From positions 1-43,468 of IMG/VR virus record IMGVR_UViG_3300032295_003051: DNA of 43,468 nucleotides; one strand, given 5' to 3'. Shown here one piece after another: positions 37,023-43,468 of this stretch (position 1 is the stretch's first letter; each line of letters opens with the position of its first letter). Below the pieces are notes generated by a model, which was not told the origin of the DNA, did no database searches, and saw only the letters and a list, made by a program, of their open reading frames with translations. The translations under genes and the position numbers were made by a program. The stretch comes from a virus (lineage: Duplodnaviria; Caudoviricetes).

Positions 37023-38755
37023 TATTGTTTTGGAACCTGTCTTCCTGTGCCTGGGAAAGCTCCGAAATGAATAGTATTGTTTCGGATTTTGCAGGCTTCA
37101 TAAGATTTTGCACACTCATCTTCGTCTGCTGATATACCTACCTCATTACTAGTGGTTATAGGATTAGTATTGGCATTCAATACAGGAAAAGTTCCAGGTA
37201 TAGCGCCTCCATTGGGGCCAGGATATTGGCACTCTGAACCTCTATATTCCCACTGACAAGTATTTTTATAGAATTTACGCTTTGGAAGTTGAAGCTTAAA
37301 ATACTGTAACCAGCTTGTAAGAATGAACTCAGCAAAGTTTTCATTTAGAGCAGATAACTCTGTGACTTTAAAAACATCTTTAATATAAGCTTCTGGATCA
37401 TGCTCTTGGTTCAGAACAAATAAACTTTGATCTACAGAAGCGTTAGATAGAGGATTATCTAATAGCAAAAACTCTTCGTCAAGAATAGAAACTACTCTTA
37501 CTGTAGTGTTAGATGTAGGAGTTGTAACACTATCTCCTATTCTATAAGGAGCGCTATTGTAAACTTGAACTAGATTACTGCTATTTATATCTCTTATCTT
37601 AGAATACTCTGGCCAATACTGTAAATGACTAGCAAAAGTAGATTTTATTTCTACAACGCCTCCTAAGAAATCTCTACTATCATATTTTAAATTTTTCCAA
37701 GTTTTTCCTTGTGCAATAGCTCTATCGTAGCTCCAAGCGACGTTTGTTTTACCACCGTAATATGAATCTACTACAGATTGATCATAACTAGAACTTCCTA
37801 CAACAGTATTAGGGTCTAATCCTTGTACTAGCTCTCCATTAACATATCCTGATACAGAATGAGGAGCAGCAACATTACCCACTAAATATGGATTTTCTAC
37901 AAAGTTTGTAACTATATTATCATAGTTTGATACTCTAACAGTTACTCTATCAATAGTTCCATCTGAGGATGTGCCTATACCATCTGTTTCCATGGGATAT
38001 GGCATATAAGACTCAGTTCCAAAGGTAACATTATAGTTTAGATCCGAATGAATATCACCTATTACCTCTGCTATTCTCCATGGAATATCAGCAGGCCAAG
38101 ATAGCCCGGCACCGGAGCCGCTAGGATTTCCCTTTTCATTAGGAGGATACCATTCTCCTGGGTAATAAAAAGTTAGTAGTCTTACTACAGGAGGCTGTAT
38201 AAAAGCATTCTTACTTCTAATAAAAGGACTATTGTTTATAGCAGTTATTACAGTAGAACTAGAATTTTGAGCATTACCAAGAGACAAATTAGAAGCAGCA
38301 AAACTAGGGGCTTCTGTATTACCAGTATCTCTTCTGACAATTACTGTATTAGATCCTGGCTTAGCAAACTCAAAAAAGTGTATTGCAGTGTTAGACTCTT
38401 CATACTCCCAGTTAGCTCTAGACTGATATTGACCAGCTACATAAACACTTAGTTCTCCAGCAGAAGCCGGAACCGTATTACCAGTAAGAGTAAAGCGTAC
38501 TACATTTTCATTAGCAGGGGTAAAACTTTGAGAAGTTGATACGTTAGATATTTTATAGTGAGTACTTACAACAGACTCTCCGACTATAAACTCTTGATAT
38601 ACATTGTTAACTTTTACTTTTATATTATTAGTAAGGGTATTTACATTAGCAACATAACCAAAAGTATTAGAGCTTAAACCGATAAAATTATTACCGTTTT
38701 TAAAAGGAGCTGCATTTGATACTGTAATAATATAATCGTATAAACGAGTTGTCAT
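37022..38755 (-). CDS. Minor tail / tail tip protein L-like (Fe-S), enlarged
   Basis: YMPYPME, LPKRKFYKNTCQWEYRGSECQY..DECAKSYEAC..HFGAFPG (four C-terminal Cys). Confidence 0.9.
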   Translation of the reverse strand: MTTRLYDYIITVSNAAPFKNGNNFIGLSSNTFGYVANVNTLTNNIKVKVNNVYQEFIVGESVVSTHYKISNVSTSQSFTPANENVVRFTLTGNTVPASAGELSVYVAGQYQSRANWEYEESNTAIHFFEFAKPGSNTVIVRRDTGNTEAPSFAASNLSLGNAQNSSSTVITAINNSPFIRSKNAFIQPPVVRLLTFYYPGEWYPPNEKGNPSGSGAGLSWPADIPWRIAEVIGDIHSDLNYNVTFGTESYMPYPMETDGIGTSSDGTIDRVTVRVSNYDNIVTNFVENPYLVGNVAAPHSVSGYVNGELVQGLDPNTVVGSSSYDQSVVDSYYGGKTNVAWSYDRAIAQGKTWKNLKYDSRDFLGGVVEIKSTFASHLQYWPEYSKIRDINSSNLVQVYNSAPYRIGDSVTTPTSNTTVRVVSILDEEFLLLDNPLSNASVDQSLFVLNQEHDPEAYIKDVFKVTELSALNENFAEFILTSWLQYFKLQLPKRKFYKNTCQWEYRGSECQYPGPNGGAIPGTFPVLNANTNPITTSNEVGISADEDECAKSYEACKIRNNTIHFGAFPGTGRQVPKQ

Positions 38756-39738
38756 TAATTAAAATCTTCCTGAAGATTTAGTCTTATATTATAGAAATTT
38801 TCAGTTAACTTAGATCCAGCTGAAATTACTTGTTGAATCTCTAAAGGTCCATTAAATCTTGTTCTTACTGTACCAGTATCATTAATATGAGTCAAGTCAA
38901 AAGTAAAAGTTTCATACTCTCCGCTACGTGCATAGTAAAAGTTTTCAATAGCTTCTTTTTCTACTCCAGAAATGTTTGAGTATATTATAGAGAAGGTGCG
39001 CTTAGGTCTACGAGATAATAATCTTCTTTTTTCATAACCAGATTGAGTAAGATACTTAGACACATTAAATTGGTCTTGCATTGCGTAACCATTATTAGGT
39101 TTTCTATCTCTCATATCTGAAAAACGACTCACATAACTAGACTCAGTAACAAAAGTTCTAATTTCTAAAGTAGTATTAGCAAAGTTACCACTAGCTCCAA
39201 AAGCTGCAGGAGCTGTATCTAAATCAATTCCATTAATACCTAAAGTAGCGCTTGGATAGGTATAAGCATCATTATTCTGCACAACACCCGATAACATAAC
39301 AAATATTGAATTAGCGGTAGGCCCAGTTCCTAGTGCTGCGGTAGGTAGAGAAAAAGATGTTCGTACTCCATTTAAAATATAAGCATTACTATCAATTATA
39401 GTAAAAGCTGTGTTTGAATATTTAACATGGCTAACAACTAAATTAGGAGAGCTTCTAATCTTTCTATATCTAGCTGGAAGATCCACGCATTTAACTACCA
39501 TAGAATCTGCGTCAGGAGGGTTATAAAAAGATAGAGTAGCATTATTGTTTGATAAATAATAAGACGTAACGTCTTGTACTATACCACCTATAGTTACAAA
39601 GACTTCTGCTGGGTAAGATACACTAACAGGTAGATTAAAATCTATTGCAGCCCCTGTATTTGTAAAAGTAGCTTCTCCGCTAGTTATTGTTGCAAACGCT
39701 GTAGCAGAGACTACTGCGTCATCTGGATATATAGCCAT
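38755..39738 (-). CDS. Distal tail protein (lambda M-like C-domain) with two N-terminal adaptor domains
   Basis: Directly follows the tape measure gene; SGYEKRR..RTFSI..IENFYYARSGEYETFTF. Confidence 0.8.
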   Translation of the reverse strand: MAIYPDDAVVSATAFATITSGEATFTNTGAAIDFNLPVSVSYPAEVFVTIGGIVQDVTSYYLSNNNATLSFYNPPDADSMVVKCVDLPARYRKIRSSPNLVVSHVKYSNTAFTIIDSNAYILNGVRTSFSLPTAALGTGPTANSIFVMLSGVVQNNDAYTYPSATLGINGIDLDTAPAAFGASGNFANTTLEIRTFVTESSYVSRFSDMRDRKPNNGYAMQDQFNVSKYLTQSGYEKRRLLSRRPKRTFSIIYSNISGVEKEAIENFYYARSGEYETFTFDLTHINDTGTVRTRFNGPLEIQQVISAGSKLTENFYNIRLNLQEDFN

Positions 39739-42700
39739 TACATATTCCCTCTAATTGATCTTCTTATTGGACCATTTGAATTTAGGTCTTTTAGTATTAG
39801 TTTTACGATAGCTGTTTCACCATCCATTTGAGTCTCACCCTGCTGTGCTTCTTTTTCAGAGCCTTTATTCTCGATCTGTACCTTAATGTTAGTTGGACCA
39901 CCAGAAGACTTACCAGTAGCATTCATACGCTCAAGGTTACCCTTTCCGATTGCATCAACAGATGTTTTCTTCATTACGAATTCACCAGGCTCTAATAGAG
40001 AAGGAACACGGTCGCGCATCATTACTCCGCCGCCTGCGGCGAAACGTGATATAGCTCCATTATTCATTACTAAACCACCAGAAGCCTGACCAAAGCCAAA
40101 TAAGCTACCAATCCAGCTAAAGAATCCCCCACCACCTCCACCACTAGCGCCAGTGTTCGCATTTTCAGCTATGGTATTTTGTTGAGTAGCTATTGTATTA
40201 GTACCTATAGCAGTAGTTTGAGCTACAGTCGCCGCTTGACCTGCTGTCTGAGCGCTCGTCACCATGCCAGTAGCAGTACCAAACATATCTAATTGTGGTA
40301 TCATAGATTCTGTACTATTAGTTAAGCCATTAGCTGAATTAGATAATTGATCAAGGTTTCCAGTAGCTGCAGAAGTATTCTCTCCCCATTTTATCATAGA
40401 TGGGTTTAAATTATCAAAATTTCCACTAAAGTCACCTAGTTTAGGGTTTACTTCTTCTAGTTTAGAACTAAAGTCTTCTATTACTTTAGTATCTGTTAAC
40501 CCTTTATCAAATCCTGGAGCTACACTAGTATCTCCAAAAGCAACCCCTCGTGTTGGTGGTTGAAAACCTGTATTAATATTTGAAAGAGGTGAAGCAACTT
40601 CAGACATACCGTAAGTACCTGTAACAGTATTAAAATCTTTGTTAGTTATCATACCATTACCAGCATAAGAACCCGCAACTCCAAAGGTACTTTGGAAACC
40701 TGCAGGACCCATATTTGTATTAATTCCTGTAGATCCTAAAATAGCTGGGCTAGTTAACTGAGCTCCAGCAAGTGGCTGACTTAATAACGGTTGAGTAGCA
40801 CTTCTTGTGACATTTAAAGCACCATAATTAGCTGCTTCTGTTCCAATAGCTCCAGCAGCTCCAGTAGCTCCAGTAGCTCCAAGATTTCCAGCAGATGAAA
40901 GTATAGGAACACTTAAAGATTTAGTAAGGGCTTCAGGATTATCAATTACTACCGATGTAGGGTCGGTAGGTGTTCCTGTTGGTGCATCTGCAGGTCTTCC
41001 TCCTAATCCTCTAGATACTACATTTTGAGCACCTGCTTGTACAATAGCGCTAGACCCTGCTTGTGTAACAGTACCAGCTCCTCCTTGTGTAATAGTACCA
41101 GCAGTTCTTTGTGCAATAGTTGGTGGTTGCATAGGTCCGATAGGACGATCGTACATCAGTCTACCTGCACCGCCTTGTGCTAAAGTAGAAGCAGCTCCTG
41201 CCCCTCCTTGAGCAGCAGCGCCTCCAGAAGCACAGGCACAAAACTCAGCCATATTAGTAACATAAACGGGGGTTATTCCTATGTCTTTTAACCCTGTTAT
41301 AGATTTAGTTATATTTTCTCCTAAGCTTGAAGTTAAACTAGAAGATATAGCTGGGGTTATATTTTTGGCTAAAGTCTCAGAAATAGTAGAACCGCTTAGA
41401 CCGGATATTAAGTCTCTAGTAAAACCAAATACTAGTTCTTTAATAGGTTTAGTGATTAATTCATTTAGAATAGCTTTTGTGACGTCTGATAATATGCTTA
41501 TAATAAACTGCTTAAATCCTTGCTTAAAGTTGTTAAGCGTAAGAGTACCATTAGCTATAGCATCTACAAGAGAGTTTATACCTTTTTCAAGGTTAGAACT
41601 GACAGACTCTGCAAATCTTACGGCTACTATAATGAAAGAGTTACCGGCACGCTCCGCCTCTCTCTTGAGAATATCAAGAGATTGTTGGGCAGCTAATAGT
41701 CTGTTACCAGTCTCAAGTACAACAGCATTATATCTAGCTTGAGCTGCTGTGACAGCTTCATTAGTTCTAGTATCAGAAATTTGTTTTTCTAAAGATAGCT
41801 GTTGTCTCTGACCTTCTACTGTTCTACCTAAAGCCTTTTCTTGTTCTTGAAGAGCGATTAAATTATTTCTAGTAGCGTTAGTAACGGACTCTATGCCATT
41901 AGTCAAAGATCTATTAATATCTTCTATTTGTTTTTTAAGCTGCTCATTGATTAAGTTCTCTCTCTGAGTTATATTTTGTTCAACTCCGACTAAGGCACCG
42001 GCTCTTTCGGGATTATTAACTTTATAGACTTCTATTAGATCTCTTACATTTTGAGATAGTACTTTAGCTAGTTCTCTAGGATGATCAAGGAAAGCTTTAA
42101 TCTGTTCTTGAATTGCTTGAGACTGTTTAACAAAAATTTCTTGTTGTCTTTTAGTTTCTTCAATTCTAAAACCTATATCTGTAGCTTTTTGAGTAGCATC
42201 AAGTTCTAATATACTTCTTTGTATTGTTAGTCTCTGATCTTCTCTTGTTGAGTTTTCCCTAGCTAATCTAACCTCGGCGTCGAGAGTTTGCTTAGCAGAA
42301 GCTACTTGTGCACCTAAAGCACGTTTTAAATCGTTTAGTTCTTCTTCTTTAAATCTAATCTCTATTAAACGTTTTTGCTGATCGGTAAATAAAGGACCTA
42401 GTACTCCAGAAGTAATAGACTTAGCTTCTTCTTCGCGACCTTTTCTAAGTATATCAATGCGTTCAGCAGAAAGCTCATTCACTCTCTGTTGTCTGGCAAT
42501 GGCATTAATTTGATTTTGTATTATTAATGTATTTAATTCTTTTTGTTTTTCATTAATTTGTTGTTGAAGCTGAAGGTCTTCTTTTTGTATATTAATACGA
42601 GTAGTTAAAGCTTGTTTTTGAAGTTCTATAGTTTGTTTTTCATATTCTTTAGTAAGTTCAGCAGCTTTTTTAATACTCTCAAGAATAGAACCAGCTAGAG

Positions 42701-43468
42701 CTGATTTTGCTGAATCTGAAGCTTTTAATATTGTCTGTTCAACACCATTAAAAGTACTCTCTAAAGTTTCTCCTTCTGGAATAGGAATTGACTTTCTTAG
42801 CTGATCACCTGCTGCAGCTGTCTCTTTTAAAATATCTAGCTGATTTCTTTTTACTTCTAAATCATCAGTAGCTAATTTACCAGATGCATCTACTAACCCA
42901 GTTATATTATTTAATGCATTGATTTGTGAAGAAAAAGTTTTTCTTATAGAGTCTTGAACTCTTAAAATACTTTCTTGTACTTCTGCTTGTTTGTTAAACT
43001 CTGTTCTTTGTTGTTTAAATAAATCAAGCTGTTGTCTTAATAGTAGAAGTCTAGAGTCGTCAAATTTTACACCAGATTGTTGAAGATCTCTGATCTGTTT
43101 TAAGATCTCTTCTTCTGTAGCTAGAAGATCACTTCTAGCTTTTCCAATACCATTTAAATCTAACTGAGCTTTGTTAAGTTTTTCAGTATTTAAAATAGTA
43201 TTAACATTAAAAGCTACTAATCTTTGTTGAATATTAGTGAGTTCTTGAGCACCTTTTCTTCTACTCTCTTCTAAAGCGAGTATCTGCTCAGTAGTATAAA
43301 CTTGTCCCTGTACTTGCCCGTTTAAGGTTCTAATATTTAAAGCACCCTCTTTAGTAGCACTTACATACTTAAATAATTCTTTAGTTGATATACCTGTATC
43401 AGCGGAAATTAAACCAACTATTTGAAGTTGCTCTTTTCCTAAGTTAATAATTTGTTTTAAACCTTCTA
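39738..43468 (-). CDS. Tail tape measure protein (5' end lies beyond window)
   Basis: Frame read by hand is open from 42482 to the window end; long helical region; C-terminal ASGG..FAAGG..DRVPSLLEPGEFVM motif. Confidence 0.92.
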   Translation of the reverse strand, partial: EGLKQIINLGKEQLQIVGLISADTGISTKELFKYVSATKEGALNIRTLNGQVQGQVYTTEQILALEESRRKGAQELTNIQQRLVAFNVNTILNTEKLNKAQLDLNGIGKARSDLLATEEEILKQIRDLQQSGVKFDDSRLLLLRQQLDLFKQQRTEFNKQAEVQESILRVQDSIRKTFSSQINALNNITGLVDASGKLATDDLEVKRNQLDILKETAAAGDQLRKSIPIPEGETLESTFNGVEQTILKASDSAKSALAGSILESIKKAAELTKEYEKQTIELQKQALTTRINIQKEDLQLQQQINEKQKELNTLIIQNQINAIARQQRVNELSAERIDILRKGREEEAKSITSGVLGPLFTDQQKRLIEIRFKEEELNDLKRALGAQVASAKQTLDAEVRLARENSTREDQRLTIQRSILELDATQKATDIGFRIEETKRQQEIFVKQSQAIQEQIKAFLDHPRELAKVLSQNVRDLIEVYKVNNPERAGALVGVEQNITQRENLINEQLKKQIEDINRSLTNGIESVTNATRNNLIALQEQEKALGRTVEGQRQQLSLEKQISDTRTNEAVTAAQARYNAVVLETGNRLLAAQQSLDILKREAERAGNSFIIVAVRFAESVSSNLEKGINSLVDAIANGTLTLNNFKQGFKQFIISILSDVTKAILNELITKPIKELVFGFTRDLISGLSGSTISETLAKNITPAISSSLTSSLGENITKSITGLKDIGITPVYVTNMAEFCACASGGAAAQGGAGAASTLAQGGAGRLMYDRPIGPMQPPTIAQRTAGTITQGGAGTVTQAGSSAIVQAGAQNVVSRGLGGRPADAPTGTPTDPTSVVIDNPEALTKSLSVPILSSAGNLGATGATGAAGAIGTEAANYGALNVTRSATQPLLSQPLAGAQLTSPAILGSTGINTNMGPAGFQSTFGVAGSYAGNGMITNKDFNTVTGTYGMSEVASPLSNINTGFQPPTRGVAFGDTSVAPGFDKGLTDTKVIEDFSSKLEEVNPKLGDFSGNFDNLNPSMIKWGENTSAATGNLDQLSNSANGLTNSTESMIPQLDMFGTATGMVTSAQTAGQAATVAQTTAIGTNTIATQQNTIAENANTGASGGGGGGFFSWIGSLFGFGQASGGLVMNNGAISRFAAGGGVMMRDRVPSLLEPGEFVMKKTSVDAIGKGNLERMNATGKSSGGPTNIKVQIENKGSEKEAQQGETQMDGETAIVKLILKDLNSNGPIRRSIRGNM

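Noticed and set aside
24633-41742. Plus-strand ORFs opposite the tail genes (e.g. 29303, 34124, 41281) and the minus alternative-frame ORF at 28854
   Set aside because: Expected shadows from the codon bias of the real genes; no recognisable products.
42480-42482. GTG start of the tape measure ORF given by the track
   Set aside because: The frame stays open to the window end, so the true start is outside the window.
42799-42812. 14-nt exact match AGCTGATCACCTGC between the tape measure gene and 7906-7919 of the structured element (possible antisense target)
   Set aside because: A single 14-mer found post hoc, not extendable, and buried in a stem. Chance cannot be excluded; revisit only if conserved in relatives.
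1-43468. Alternative genetic code or stop-codon readthrough
   Set aside because: Conserved genes are full length and tightly packed under the standard code, and TAA, TAG and TGA are all used as stops.

Overview
An AT-rich (roughly 30% GC by eye) fragment of a lytic tailed dsDNA phage genome with two convergent arms meeting at about 20.6 kb. The + arm (1-20.6 kb) is a T5-like replication block in T5 order: primase, PolA, D10 helicase, D11, D12/D13 (SbcD/SbcC), D14, D15 flap nuclease and a dUTPase-like gene. Inserted into it are class Ia RNR (nrdA, nrdB), glutaredoxin, dNMP kinase, peptide deformylase, a secreted TIGR02594-type amidase, two glycosyltransferases, a PP-loop protein and a nicotianamine-synthase-like protein. 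The - arm (20.6-43.5 kb) is a lambda-type siphovirus tail-tip operon: tape measure, M, L, a K split into three genes, I, J and side fibres. It is interleaved with two radical SAM genes and followed by Dps and small basic proteins. Main observations: (1) a Hint/intein-like domain at the N-terminus of the central tail fibre J, bracketed by poly-Gly and preceded by a peptide resembling the ubiquitin-like C-terminus of gpI, next to an intact JAB protease; (2) a GC-rich multi-hairpin non-coding element with its own antisense promoter at 7.8-7.98 kb; (3) tailoring enzymes together with (S/A/G)-Asn-rich tail proteins, suggesting virion modification; (4) an iron-handling gene set; (5) a repeated adaptor domain in four tail-tip proteins. 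All calls come from motif recognition by eye; no searches were run.
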